Of a DNA stretch of 64,000 nt, positions 36,213-46,445 are shown piece after piece. The notes beneath the pieces were generated by a model. It was not told the DNA's origin. It worked only from the letters and a program-made list of their open reading frames with translations, and searched no databases. Positions within the stretch are counted from its first letter, which is position 1. Every line of letters begins with the position of its first letter. A program made the position numbers and the translations under genes. The stretch spans positions 39,006 through 103,005 of the forward strand of contig JAQXHN010000018.1 in the NCBI GenBank assembly GCA_029007295.1, written 5' to 3'. This DNA comes from Clostridia bacterium (GTDB lineage: Bacteria > Bacillota > Clostridia > Oscillospirales > CAG-272).

Positions 36213-38561
36213 TTGACATATACCGAGGCAAAAAACGCTTGCTTTGACAAGCTTTATTCATTTTTAAACAATGAGCAGAGAAAAGCGGTTCAAACCGTAT
36301 CTGGACCGCTTCTTATTCTGGCGGGCGCCGGAAGCGGCAAAACCACCGTTTTAGTCAACAGAATAGCAAATATAATACGATTCGGTACTTTATCCGAGAC
36401 AACAGACGGCTCCGAAGAGGAAGCCTACGAGCTTGAAAAGCTGCTCGAATTGCCGGAAAACGAGCTTGCTTCGGCTCTTGAAAAGCACGCAAAGGAGCCG
36501 TGCCCTGCTTGGGCTGTTATGTGTATAACCTTTACTAACAAGGCGGCAAGTGAAATGAAGGAACGCCTTGCGAAGGTTATCGGCTCTGCAAGCGAAGAAA
36601 TATGGGCGGGCACCTTCCACAATATATGTATGCGCATTCTTCGCCGATTTAATGTAAACGCCCGTCTTGCAAAAGGCTTTACAATCTACGATACCGACGA
36701 CACAAAAAGGCTTATCACCGCAATCCTGCGTGATTTAAATATCGACGAGCATATACTCAATGCAAAAAGCGCTATGAATAAAATCAGCAGAGCAAAGGAA
36801 TCGCTTTTAACTCCCGAGGAATATATCCGCATAAACACTGCCGATATGCGTTCAAAATATGTAGGCAGAGTATACGCAGAGTATCAGAAGAGACTGTGCG
36901 ACGCAGACGCCGTTGACTTTGACGACATTATTATGAAAACGGTTAATCTTCTTCGAGACGACGAAGAGGTACGTAATTTCTGCCAAAGACGCTTTAAATA
37001 CGTGTGTGTTGACGAATTTCAGGACACAAATAAGGCTCAGTTTGAGCTGACGGCGCTCATTTCCGGCAAATACAGGAATTTGATGGCAGTCGGCGACGAC
37101 GACCAGAGCATCTACCGTTTCAGAGGCGCAACTGTTGAGAATATTCTTACCTTTGACTCTTCTTTCCCCGACGCTAAGATTATTAAATTGGAGCGAAATT
37201 ACCGTTCGACAAAGGTCATTCTCGACGCTGCAAACGCCGTAATAGCTAACAACAGCAAACGTAAGGGTAAAAACCTCTGGACGGACAGAGAGGATGACGA
37301 AAAAATAACTGTAAAGCAGGCTTCCAATCAAAATGAAGAGGCAAAATTTATCGTTAATACTATTTTAAAGGGTACCGAATACAACGGAAGAAAATTTTCC
37401 GATTATGCAATTCTGTACAGAATAAACGCAATGTCAAGCTCGCTTGAAAGCGTTTTTGCAAAAAGCGGTATTCCTTATCGGATTTTAGGCGGAACACGCT
37501 TTTATGAGCGAAAGGAGATCAAGGATGTTATTGCATATCTGTGTGTTATTGCAAACAAAGCCGACGATCTGCGTCTGAAGAGAATAATAAATGAGCCGAA
37601 AAGAAAAATCGGTGCAACCACCATCGAAGCGATTGAACAGCTCGCTCGCATGGAAGCGGTTCCCATGTTCGATATTATGTCAAGATGCTCCCGATACACC
37701 GCCCTCGCACGCTCGTGCTCAAAGCAGTTGGATTTCGTGAGAGTAATAGCTTCGCTGACGGAAAAGGCAAAGACCTGTTCCGTTTCGAGCTTGATTGAGG
37801 CGGTGCTTGAGGAGACGGGATACATGGCAATGCTCGAAGCCGCCGGAATTACCGAAATTGACAGAGTTGAAAACGTTAAAGAATTGGTTTCCAACGCCGT
37901 TGCCTACGAGGAAAGCTCCGACGAACCCTCCTTGATCGGCTTTTTGGAGGAGGTTGCGCTGATTTCCGATGTGGACAATTACGACGCCGACAGCGACGCA
38001 GTTGTTATGATGACAATTCACTCCGCAAAGGGCTTGGAATTCCCTTATGTTTTTCTCCCCGGTATGGAGGAAGGCATGTTTCCGTCAATTCAGTCGTTTA
38101 CAGACCCAAACGAGCTTGAGGAGGAACGCCGCCTTGCTTACGTTGCTATTACGAGAGCAAGAAACAAGCTATGCTGTACCTATGCCCGTGAACGTCTGAT
38201 TTACGGAAAGACGCAATACAACCGCTTGTCAAGATTTATCGAGGAAATGCCCGACGCTCTGCTTGACAAACAGCTTTTGAATACGGAAACGAGAAGCTAT
38301 GCTTCCCCCACACAGCAGTTCAGAAAAAGCGCAATAGAATCCTTCAGGCAGAACACCAAATCGAGCGTTTCAAAGCCAAAAGCTGTGCCGATTCCCACGG
38401 AAATATTTAATTCCGGCGAAATTGTTTCTCATCCTACCTTCGGCGACGGTACGGTGCTTTCCGTTAAGAAAATGGGGGCTGATTTGCTTTACGAAATCGC
38501 ATTTGACACTGTAGGAACAAAAAAAATGATGGGCTCTTACGCAAAGCTTACAAAAAAATAA
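36213..38561 (+). CDS. pcrA: ATP-dependent DNA helicase PcrA/UvrD family
   Basis: Walker A LILAGAGSGKTTVL, DEFQDTN, and YRS helicase motifs. 782 aa. Apparent TTG start. Confidence 0.85.
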   Translation: MTYTEAKNACFDKLYSFLNNEQRKAVQTVSGPLLILAGAGSGKTTVLVNRIANIIRFGTLSETTDGSEEEAYELEKLLELPENELASALEKHAKEPCPAWAVMCITFTNKAASEMKERLAKVIGSASEEIWAGTFHNICMRILRRFNVNARLAKGFTIYDTDDTKRLITAILRDLNIDEHILNAKSAMNKISRAKESLLTPEEYIRINTADMRSKYVGRVYAEYQKRLCDADAVDFDDIIMKTVNLLRDDEEVRNFCQRRFKYVCVDEFQDTNKAQFELTALISGKYRNLMAVGDDDQSIYRFRGATVENILTFDSSFPDAKIIKLERNYRSTKVILDAANAVIANNSKRKGKNLWTDREDDEKITVKQASNQNEEAKFIVNTILKGTEYNGRKFSDYAILYRINAMSSSLESVFAKSGIPYRILGGTRFYERKEIKDVIAYLCVIANKADDLRLKRIINEPKRKIGATTIEAIEQLARMEAVPMFDIMSRCSRYTALARSCSKQLDFVRVIASLTEKAKTCSVSSLIEAVLEETGYMAMLEAAGITEIDRVENVKELVSNAVAYEESSDEPSLIGFLEEVALISDVDNYDADSDAVVMMTIHSAKGLEFPYVFLPGMEEGMFPSIQSFTDPNELEEERRLAYVAITRARNKLCCTYARERLIYGKTQYNRLSRFIEEMPDALLDKQLLNTETRSYASPTQQFRKSAIESFRQNTKSSVSKPKAVPIPTEIFNSGEIVSHPTFGDGTVLSVKKMGADLLYEIAFDTVGTKKMMGSYAKLTKK

Positions 38562-38783
38562 CTCGGGCAGGCGAGCGCCTGCAGGCAACTCGGTCGGGAA
38601 GCCCCGACGGGCAACTCGTTGCTTGTTCAGTCGTAATTGTTCGACAAGGCTCGATGAGTGGGGGTTTGCCGGACTTTATCGACTTGATAAAAACGTAACA
38701 GTCAGCAAAAAGCTGTAGGTTTGCCCTATGATTGTATACACTCCCCTTGAAAAAAGCAAAAAGCATAATTCAGAAACTGAAAA

Positions 38784-38816
38784 AGGACTTGCTCTCATAA
38801 AGACTGCAAGTCCTTT
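38784..38816 (-). terminator. Rho-independent terminator of the glycoside-hydrolase-like gene
   Basis: Stem aaaggacttgc/gcaagtccttt with a T-run on the minus-strand side. Confidence 0.5.
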
Positions 38817-38832
38817 CAATTTCTAAATATTA

Positions 38833-40308
38833 TCAGTTAAATTTGATTGCATATAGAGAAGCGTCGCTCATTTCAACCTTGAGTGTTACTGTTTTTCCTG
38901 CAAAATCGGCAACACATCCGTCGTCAAAGCCGACGATTCTGTCAATTTTGTCACCGAACACCTGGCTTGAATGAATTGCAGAGCCGTCCTGCGCTTCCAA
39001 AGTAAACTTCATATATCCCAGTGCAGAGGTTTCAAAATTAATTTCAAGCTCACTGCCTTCGAATACGAAGGGCTTTGTTACGAGATATTGCGGTTCGAGA
39101 GTTGCGCGACGGCAAGCAAACCCGTCCATGCGGAGCGAATAACGGTATAGCACCGTCTGACAGCCCTCGACGTCTTCTTTGCAGTAAAGCGACAGATACG
39201 GGTCGGAGCCTTCAATTTCACCGGGAGTTTCAACAAAGCCTACGCAAGGATAGCAGTCACCGTAAACCCAGTTACGCATATGCTCCGGACCCGGTGTAAA
39301 TATTGCCTCGTTGGAACGAGTCCAATGTTCTGCGTCGCGGCTGGACATAAATATTGCGTCGGTAATTGATTGTCCTCTGCCTCTGCTTCTTCTTTCTTCA
39401 GGCACAGGGAGCTTATCAAACGAATCGTTCCACTCCTCTCTTGCAACATATCTGGTGGGGGTTCCTACATAGATATGCGGCGCACGGTAATAGGGCGTAA
39501 TTGCGTTTGCATAGAGCTGATAATCGTATGAATCGTCGAACCTGATCATCTTAGGATGGGACCAGTGGATATAATCCTCGCTTTCGCTGATTCTTATATC
39601 TCGAATCGCATCCGGAACATCGGGGTCCGGCGGAAACATATCGTCGCCTACATGGAAACCGCGGACAAAAGCAATATATTTTCCCTTGTTTTCGTCATAA
39701 TAAATTGTATTGAGGGAGTCAAAATAACAGCCCATTTCCTTGGAATCCATAATCTTGGCTTCAAGCCACGGCTTGTCCTTGAATTCCTCTCTCGGTTTGG
39801 GATGCCAGTTAAAATTCAACCCGTCTTCGCTCGTATAGCTGTACAGTCCCGTTCCCCATTCGCCGTAAACTGCTTTATACCGCTCATTTTCCGGACAGTC
39901 GGGGTTCTTGTCCTCGAAAACAAACATATTATCGTAGTAATCGAACTCGTTGGAAATGATGTTGTTTTTCTTTGAGCCTTTACAGTTTGTGAGCTCCATA
40001 TCGGGACTCGTCCAATGGATGCCGTCCTTGCTCTCAATCACGCAAATATGGTTAAGACCGCACCATGTTCCGTCCGGCTTCGGTCCGTAATGAACTGCCT
40101 TATAAAACATACGGTATGTTCCGTCGGGCATACGCAAAACGTTGTGGTAAACGTTAATTCTGTCCTCCCAAGCTCTGTCGTGAATAAAAGCTCTCTCACG
40201 CTTTACGGGCTTGCAATACACTTTCGGAGCGGTAGTCTTTTCGGTATCTACAAGATAGTCGTCGACAAAAAGCTCTCTTCTGTTTCCAATGTTTATCATG
40301 TTTATCAT
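38833..40308 (-). CDS. Putative glycoside hydrolase (beta-propeller GH43/GH32-clan-like) with C-terminal beta-sandwich
   Basis: N-terminal RRELFVDDYLVD motif seen in uncharacterised glycosyl hydrolases. Asp/Glu-rich propeller blades. No signal peptide. Family assignment is tentative. Confidence 0.4.
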   Translation of the reverse strand: MINMINIGNRRELFVDDYLVDTEKTTAPKVYCKPVKRERAFIHDRAWEDRINVYHNVLRMPDGTYRMFYKAVHYGPKPDGTWCGLNHICVIESKDGIHWTSPDMELTNCKGSKKNNIISNEFDYYDNMFVFEDKNPDCPENERYKAVYGEWGTGLYSYTSEDGLNFNWHPKPREEFKDKPWLEAKIMDSKEMGCYFDSLNTIYYDENKGKYIAFVRGFHVGDDMFPPDPDVPDAIRDIRISESEDYIHWSHPKMIRFDDSYDYQLYANAITPYYRAPHIYVGTPTRYVAREEWNDSFDKLPVPEERRSRGRGQSITDAIFMSSRDAEHWTRSNEAIFTPGPEHMRNWVYGDCYPCVGFVETPGEIEGSDPYLSLYCKEDVEGCQTVLYRYSLRMDGFACRRATLEPQYLVTKPFVFEGSELEINFETSALGYMKFTLEAQDGSAIHSSQVFGDKIDRIVGFDDGCVADFAGKTVTLKVEMSDASLYAIKFN

Positions 40309-40378
40309 ATCCTTCTTTTGTTTTTTGCAGAAAATCGAAGCGCAGTATTAATTCTGAATTTTTACGCTTCCCTTAAGT

Positions 40379-41329
40379 TTATTTCAGTGTGCCGTTTTTG
40401 TGCATTTCGGTAATTTTGTCCGCTTCTTCAAGAGATACTGCGCCGGCTGTTGCTCCTATTCTGCGAATGCACGCATTGGAGGCGGCGCTGCCGAGATGAG
40501 CGCTGTCCGATACGCTTCTTCCCATCACTATACCGGAAATAAAGCCGCTCATAAATGAGTCGCCGGCGCCTGTTGTGTCGGCAATACTGTCGCAGCGGTA
40601 GGCGGGAAGGTACTCTCCCTCAATATAAGCGCCGTCCTTGCCGAGCTTGACGCCTGCGATTTTAACTCCTCTTTCGTGGAGAAATGCGGTAATTTTTTCA
40701 GGCTCCGTTTCGCCGGCAAGCTCCCTTGCCTCGTATCCCGAAGGAATGAATATGTCGGTATACTTAAGGGCCTTTTCCAGCTTCGGCATCCAAATGCCGT
40801 CCTTCGGCCATGTGGTGTCCATTGCCGTTATAGTGCCAAACGATTTTGCTCTCCTGAAAAGATCTGCAAGAGGCTCTCCTTCAAGCCCCTTCAAGGACAT
40901 CATACTCGCAACATAAAGGACGGATGAATTTTTCAGCATATCGTCCGTAACCGTTGACCCGTCAAAGGCGTCGTTCGCCTCGCCGTAATAAGCAAAGTGA
41001 CGGTTGCCGTCGGGTCTGCGGATAACAACCGATACAGCGGTCTTGTAATCTTCGGATACATAAACAGCGTCGGTATTCACGCCGTTTTTTTCCGCCTGCT
41101 CCTTTAGAAATCTGCCGGGTGCATCGTTTCCGATGCATCCTCCGAGACAAACGGACATACCGAGCTTGGACGCAACGGTTGCGGCATTTAAGGCGTCGCC
41201 TCCCGTTGCATAATCAATACTTTCCAATCTTATCTGATCCTGAGTAAAAATACTCTCGTCAACGGGGCCTATGTGTATGTCATACACCATCAGTCCCGCA
41301 CACAAAATATCAAATTTTCTTTTTCCCAT
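40379..41329 (-). CDS. PfkB-family carbohydrate kinase
   Basis: ILCAGLMVYDI...GGDALNAA...GAGDSFMSGF are ribokinase-superfamily motifs. Confidence 0.8.
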   Translation of the reverse strand: MGKRKFDILCAGLMVYDIHIGPVDESIFTQDQIRLESIDYATGGDALNAATVASKLGMSVCLGGCIGNDAPGRFLKEQAEKNGVNTDAVYVSEDYKTAVSVVIRRPDGNRHFAYYGEANDAFDGSTVTDDMLKNSSVLYVASMMSLKGLEGEPLADLFRRAKSFGTITAMDTTWPKDGIWMPKLEKALKYTDIFIPSGYEARELAGETEPEKITAFLHERGVKIAGVKLGKDGAYIEGEYLPAYRCDSIADTTGAGDSFMSGFISGIVMGRSVSDSAHLGSAASNACIRRIGATAGAVSLEEADKITEMHKNGTLK

Positions 41330-41332
41330 TTT

Positions 41333-42670
41333 TCAGTCCAAATTAAAGAATTTGCGGTCTATATCAAGTACATTCTTAACGGTGTACATCGCTCTGTCAT
41401 AGTCGTACTGACCGTTTTCAATCTTCTCGGCAAGCACATGAGCATACTGACGCTTAATCATTATCAGCTTGGCATAGCACCATTCCATTGTATATGCATC
41501 GGAGAAAAATCCAACCTGACTGTTAGTCGGGAGCATATCGAGACGCTCGGAAATAATCTGTCTTATATAGGTCGGGAAGAAATTGTGCCACCAGAAGCCG
41601 TCAAGCGTGAGGTTAGGAAGCTCGCGGCAAAGAGTACACCAAGCCTGGTCGGAATGAAGCGAAGCCAAGTGAATCTCAAACTTCAAATCGGAATAACGGG
41701 AGATAATCTTTGCAAGCTCAAAAATTGTTTCGGGTCTCATATATGAGCCTGTTTCAAAGGGAAGCGGTTCTGCACCGAGAGAATACTGAATTATAATCTC
41801 CTTTCCCGTTTCCTTCTTAATCTTGGACATTCTCTTTAAGAATTCCTCGTTTATGAAGTTAGCATATACGTCCCGTTCCCACTGACCGGCGTGCTCGCGG
41901 TTTGCAAGAGCCTTAATCATATCCTCTTCGGTAACCTCGTGATAGTTGTTGTCGGTTGAAAAATGAGAAGCGTTGGAGTAAACCTGATCGAACGGAATAC
42001 GGTCCACATAGTGCGTAATTGCCGCATATACGTCGTCGATAGTCTTGATCTTCTTCTTGAAATTGAGGTCTTCCTTTGTAGCGGTAACCGGAAGCGGAGG
42101 TCCCGGAATCTCCTCGTTCCATGCGTGCTCAAGCTCCAAAAGCGCCGCATCGTTAATTCCCCACTGCGAGCGGCAGAAGAACGCCCACTCGAGCGAATAC
42201 ATAAGCATATCGTCGGCCTGATGATTCTTTGCTCTCCAAAGCTCGGTTGAAGATTTCTGAATGCGTGCCTTTTCCGCTATCGCCTTTGCTCTTTCGTGAG
42301 TGCAGCCCTTTGACTTGATAAGCTCGTGGCAACGGCGCCAGTTTGTTTCGTCGAGCTCCTCCTCCCATCCGAATAGATCCTTGAGAATAATTCTTACTCC
42401 CCAGTAGCAGCTGGTGCCTCTTATATACTTAACATAGGGAATAGCTCTCTCCAAGCGGTAGACTGCTTCCTCTTCCGTCGGTTCTTCGGACAGTCTCGCT
42501 CCGTCCGGACAGCCTGCAGCGTAAAGCTCCGAAATTACCATGTGGTATAAAAGAATATCGTGAAGCCCCCTTGCGCATAGATGGTCTGCGTCAAGGTGGG
42601 TATGGATATCCACAACCGGAATTTGCAGAATGTCTTGATAAAGCTTTTCAACAAGCTCTTTGTTTGCCAT
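41333..42670 (-). CDS. Glucuronate-isomerase-family (UxaC-like) protein, divergent
   Basis: N-terminal IPVVDIHTHLD metal site. C-terminal GFWWHNFFP...FFSDAYTMEW aligns with the GTAWWFND...MLTDSRSF blocks of UxaC as recalled. Confidence 0.45.
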   Translation of the reverse strand: MANKELVEKLYQDILQIPVVDIHTHLDADHLCARGLHDILLYHMVISELYAAGCPDGARLSEEPTEEEAVYRLERAIPYVKYIRGTSCYWGVRIILKDLFGWEEELDETNWRRCHELIKSKGCTHERAKAIAEKARIQKSSTELWRAKNHQADDMLMYSLEWAFFCRSQWGINDAALLELEHAWNEEIPGPPLPVTATKEDLNFKKKIKTIDDVYAAITHYVDRIPFDQVYSNASHFSTDNNYHEVTEEDMIKALANREHAGQWERDVYANFINEEFLKRMSKIKKETGKEIIIQYSLGAEPLPFETGSYMRPETIFELAKIISRYSDLKFEIHLASLHSDQAWCTLCRELPNLTLDGFWWHNFFPTYIRQIISERLDMLPTNSQVGFFSDAYTMEWCYAKLIMIKRQYAHVLAEKIENGQYDYDRAMYTVKNVLDIDRKFFNLD

Positions 42671-42781
42671 TGGAATTTCCTCCGTTGATATAGGTCTTAT
42701 GGAATTCTCATCCCCGAGTAATTATATCAAAGCCGATAACCGTTGTCAACGGCTTGCAGTAATATTATACGGCATTCATGC

Positions 42782-43990
42782 TTACTTTTTGACATAGAAA
42801 AGTTCGAGAATAATTTCGTAAAGCGACTGCTCGTCAATGTAAAACTGCGCATATTTTACGCCTGCTTCGTTTTCTTCTGTCGAGGTAAGCGTCCCTGGTA
42901 CGGAATAAAAACGGATTCCGTTAAGACCGGAAATAAAATTCGTCACAAGATAGGTTAAATCCGACGCCGATATATTGGTAATCATCAGCCCTCTTTCATC
43001 AAGACGGCTGTAAACATTCAAAGGCACGCTTAAATCATTTTTTGTCATGGCAATCATTTTTTCGGAAAAAGCGTTGATAAAATATTTTTGTTTTTCCATT
43101 CTGACAGAGTTTGCTTCAAGCACCGCATGAGTTCTCGAGCGGACGTATTCGAGAGCGTTCTTGGACGTAAGCTCAATCATATTTCCGGTTTTGGTAAGCA
43201 TGTCGCTGTTGTATTCCGGCACGCTGACGCCTCCTACCGAATCGCACAGAACGGGAATGGCGTCCATATCAATAGCGACATAGGATTGAATGGGAATATT
43301 GAACAGGGTTCTTGCAACGCATGACAAAGTAAGCAGACAGCTCCCCTTTTCCCCGTCGCCGTATGCGAACGATCGACAGATAAAGTCCTTTTCCTGTCCG
43401 ATGAACGTACCGTTCCTTGAGTATTTATCCACATATGTTACGGTATCTCTTGAAATCGGCAGAACCGACGCTGTCTGTAATTCGGTATTCAGTATTACAA
43501 GATAGAGAGCGTCCGCCTGTCCGTTTGAGCCGATATATTCCGACTTATCGCTGTGGTCGTTATCAATTCCCATAACAAGAATATTTACTATATCGTCATT
43601 GTAAACGTACTGTTGTTCATTGTACTTAACCTCGGAACCGTCATCCTTGATTATTTCAACGTTTTCCGGAGCGATAATGTTTTTTTTCGTGTTTCGGTAA
43701 TGCGATTTTCCTTTAAAATATAAAAAGGCGAAGCTTCCCGCAAGCAATAACAAAACAGAAAGGAAAACACAGAGAACGGCAAGCAGTATCTTTCTTGCTT
43801 TTCTCGGCTTTCTTATTTTTTTGTTTGTTTCCGGTTTTGCTCTGCTTTCGGCAAGTGACACGTCAGCGCCTGTTGTCACTGAATCGCCGTTTGTTTTCTT
43901 ATCCTCTGCTTTTGCTTGCGCCTTCGGTTTTAACAATTCTTCGCTTTTATCGTTTTCACTGCCGCTTGAGTTGTTTTCGTTTATCCTCAT
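42782..43990 (-). CDS. LCP family (LytR-CpsA-Psr) cell-wall polymer ligase
   Basis: Basic N-terminal tail and a TM helix. LCP core NILVMGIDNDHSDKSEYIGSNGQADALYLVILN...ISRDT. The preferred start is the ATG with AAGGAG 8 nt upstream. Confidence 0.75.
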   Translation of the reverse strand: MRINENNSSGSENDKSEELLKPKAQAKAEDKKTNGDSVTTGADVSLAESRAKPETNKKIRKPRKARKILLAVLCVFLSVLLLLAGSFAFLYFKGKSHYRNTKKNIIAPENVEIIKDDGSEVKYNEQQYVYNDDIVNILVMGIDNDHSDKSEYIGSNGQADALYLVILNTELQTASVLPISRDTVTYVDKYSRNGTFIGQEKDFICRSFAYGDGEKGSCLLTLSCVARTLFNIPIQSYVAIDMDAIPVLCDSVGGVSVPEYNSDMLTKTGNMIELTSKNALEYVRSRTHAVLEANSVRMEKQKYFINAFSEKMIAMTKNDLSVPLNVYSRLDERGLMITNISASDLTYLVTNFISGLNGIRFYSVPGTLTSTEENEAGVKYAQFYIDEQSLYEIILELFYVKK

Positions 43991-44069
43991 TTCGAACACT
44001 CCTTTTCCTATAAATAATAGCTCTGTCCTTTAATCAGACAGAGCTATCAGCCGTTATTTTTATATCGGA

Positions 44070-44732
44070 TTATTCGTTTTCAAATTTTTTGAATGCGAAT
44101 GCAGCTCCGCAAAGCGAGACAAGCGCAACACATACAAAGCCCGCAACCTCGTAACCGGTCTGAGGCGATTGATTTCCTTTGCCGTCGCCGTTCCAATAAG
44201 CGGTACCGTGAACATCCGTCGTTGCCTTAATTACAACCTCCTCGCTTGTAAGAGAACCGGAAATAATGGTGTATTCACCCGTTATCGTCCACTTAACAAA
44301 CTTATATCCGCTGTTTGTCTTTGCGGAAAATCTGAAGGTTGCGTCTGCTTCGGTGTAAACGGAGGCGGTACCTCCCTTTGTCGCTTCTTCAACAGTGGCG
44401 TGGATACCGGAATCTGTATCGAAAACCGCATGGACTTCAACGCCCTTTCCCGCCTTAATTACAATGTAAGGCTCGGTAAGAGATCCTTTAATAATGGTAT
44501 ATTCACCGATAATGTAAAACTTAACAAACTGATGACCTTCGTCAACATCAGCCTTAATCTTGTAAACTCCGTCTTCCTCATCATATTCGAAGGTTGCATC
44601 TCCTCCCGGGGTGTCAACAACAACAGTAATTCCCTGGGGATTTCCGGGGCTTTCAAAGCTGTCTGCAAATACGCTCATACCGAGTGTGCAAAGCATTAAC
44701 ACTACGATTACAAGTGATAATAATCTCTTCAT
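44070..44732 (-). CDS. Sortase-anchored surface protein with internal tandem domain duplication (SPQTG sorting signal)
   Basis: Signal peptide. Two ~75-aa repeats (HQFVKFYIIGEYTIIKGSLTEPYIVIKA / YKFVKWTITGEYTIISGSLTSEEVVIKA). C-terminal SPQTG + hydrophobic segment + KKFENE. Confidence 0.6.
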   Translation of the reverse strand: MKRLLSLVIVVLMLCTLGMSVFADSFESPGNPQGITVVVDTPGGDATFEYDEEDGVYKIKADVDEGHQFVKFYIIGEYTIIKGSLTEPYIVIKAGKGVEVHAVFDTDSGIHATVEEATKGGTASVYTEADATFRFSAKTNSGYKFVKWTITGEYTIISGSLTSEEVVIKATTDVHGTAYWNGDGKGNQSPQTGYEVAGFVCVALVSLCGAAFAFKKFENE

Positions 44733-44993
44733 TGATATCTCTCCTTCAAAAATGTTTCAAAAAAAATGCGTTTAGTTTCTATAGGTAAATGTATTATACC
44801 GCCCCTTATTTAATTTGTCAATACATTTCATAAAAATTAAAATTAGTTCACAAATTATTAATAAACCCGTTTGCGCTTTTTATCGGGTCTTCCAAAGGGA
44901 AGCTTGCCCGTCACCTCTCCTTTTTTCGTAAGGGAATTGCCCGTGTATTATTCTCGTTATTCTATTGCCCGGGCCGACGGTTCTCTTACAAAA

Positions 44994-45611
44994 TCAGCTT
45001 CTCTGCGAAAAGCCGGCGCTTTCTGCGTCAAGCAGTATCGCTCTGACCGGCGCACCGTCGCCTCCTGTCAGATTAAGCGGAGCGGCGCAGAGGAAATAGA
45101 CTCCGTCTGCAATCCCGCCGAGCCGCACGCCCTCCAGCAGCACAATATTTGCCGAGAGCAACTCGAGATGAACCGCCTTCGGTGATTCCTGCGGTCCTAC
45201 TGTCTGCGATTCGTTGCCGATTAAATCAATGCCGGCGGCGGAAAACACCCTTGCCGCCTCCGGCGTCACGGTAGCCTTTCCTTTAATCAATATACGCTTT
45301 TCAGCGCCGGGATACGCCTTTTTTGCCCTTTCAAGCATTTCTCTTGCCGCCTTTGCCGTAACATTTCCGCATGCCGTTTCAACATAACACGGTCCGACAA
45401 ATTTTTCCGGATTTATTTTATCTACCCCGTTTCCGTCATTTATAAAATGATACGGCGCATCAATGTGAGTTCCGTTGTGCGCACACATCGAAAAGTACGA
45501 CAGATTACATACATCGCCGTTTTTTATCGACGAAATAATTCTTTTTTCCGGCTTCGGGTCACCCGGATAGGCCTCACATTCGTACAGAGGCTGAGTAATA
45601 TCGTAAATCAT
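44994..45611 (-). CDS. Cyclase family protein (kynurenine formamidase-like)
   Basis: HNGTHIDAPYHF metal motif. Start at MIYDITQPL. Confidence 0.7.
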   Translation of the reverse strand: MIYDITQPLYECEAYPGDPKPEKRIISSIKNGDVCNLSYFSMCAHNGTHIDAPYHFINDGNGVDKINPEKFVGPCYVETACGNVTAKAAREMLERAKKAYPGAEKRILIKGKATVTPEAARVFSAAGIDLIGNESQTVGPQESPKAVHLELLSANIVLLEGVRLGGIADGVYFLCAAPLNLTGGDGAPVRAILLDAESAGFSQRS

Positions 45612-45713
45612 GTTTTCTCCGTTTACGGTTAAAATAAGCGTTATAAACAAGCGCTCCGGCGCAGCTTAAAATGCAAGGAGTCAAATTCTCGAGCCGGAAA
45701 TCCGCAGCAAAAA

Positions 45714-46445
45714 TCACATTTTTGCAATTCGCTTTTTTATTCCCGAAATATCACGAAGCATTCGAAACGTATCTCTGACAAGATGCACCTTTGACGTGCT
45801 TTCGGAATGGTTGATGATCTTCACCGCCTGCTCCGTAATTTTGTATCCGAAATGCTCCGATATCATCAGCGCCTCCAAATCAAACGCAAATCCGTTTATC
45901 CTGCAAAGAGAAAATACTCTTCTCGCCTTTTCTCCGACAAAGCATTTTATACCGCACTGAGAATCGGAGTGGCAAAAGCCCGCCGCCGCACAAATCAGCT
46001 TAATGTATGTTTTTGACGCAATTTTTCTAAGGAGCGTATAGCCCTCGTAACCGTCCTCGGATATGTTTCTTGAGCCGATTACGGCGTCAGCGCCGCTTTG
46101 CATAAGCTTCTTTGCCATAACCCCGATAATTTCGGTGCCGTACGCAAGGTCGCAGTCCGTGTAAAAGACTATGTCGCCCGAGGACGCAAGAATCCCCTCT
46201 CTCACGGCGCTTCCCTTGCCCCTGTTATCATCATAGGAAACAAGGCGTAGATTTTGACAGCGGGGCAAAAGACTCTCGATTATCTCCTTTGTCCTGTCGG
46301 TGCTTCCGTCGTTTGAAACGATAACCTCAAAGTCCGAGCCGAACATTTTTCCCATTTCCGACAGGAGTAAGGCTATCCTTTCGGCGCAGGAGGCTTCTTC
46401 GTTGTACATAGGAATTATTACGGATACTGTTTTTTTGTCACTCAT
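45714..46445 (-). CDS. Family 2 glycosyltransferase (polyprenyl-phosphate glycosyltransferase-like)
   Basis: VSVIIPMYNEE...VSNDGSTD...YTDCD resembles DPM1/GtrB-like GT2. Overlaps the sortase gene end by 8 nt. Confidence 0.7.
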   Translation of the reverse strand: MSDKKTVSVIIPMYNEEASCAERIALLLSEMGKMFGSDFEVIVSNDGSTDRTKEIIESLLPRCQNLRLVSYDDNRGKGSAVREGILASSGDIVFYTDCDLAYGTEIIGVMAKKLMQSGADAVIGSRNISEDGYEGYTLLRKIASKTYIKLICAAAGFCHSDSQCGIKCFVGEKARRVFSLCRINGFAFDLEALMISEHFGYKITEQAVKIINHSESTSKVHLVRDTFRMLRDISGIKKRIAKM

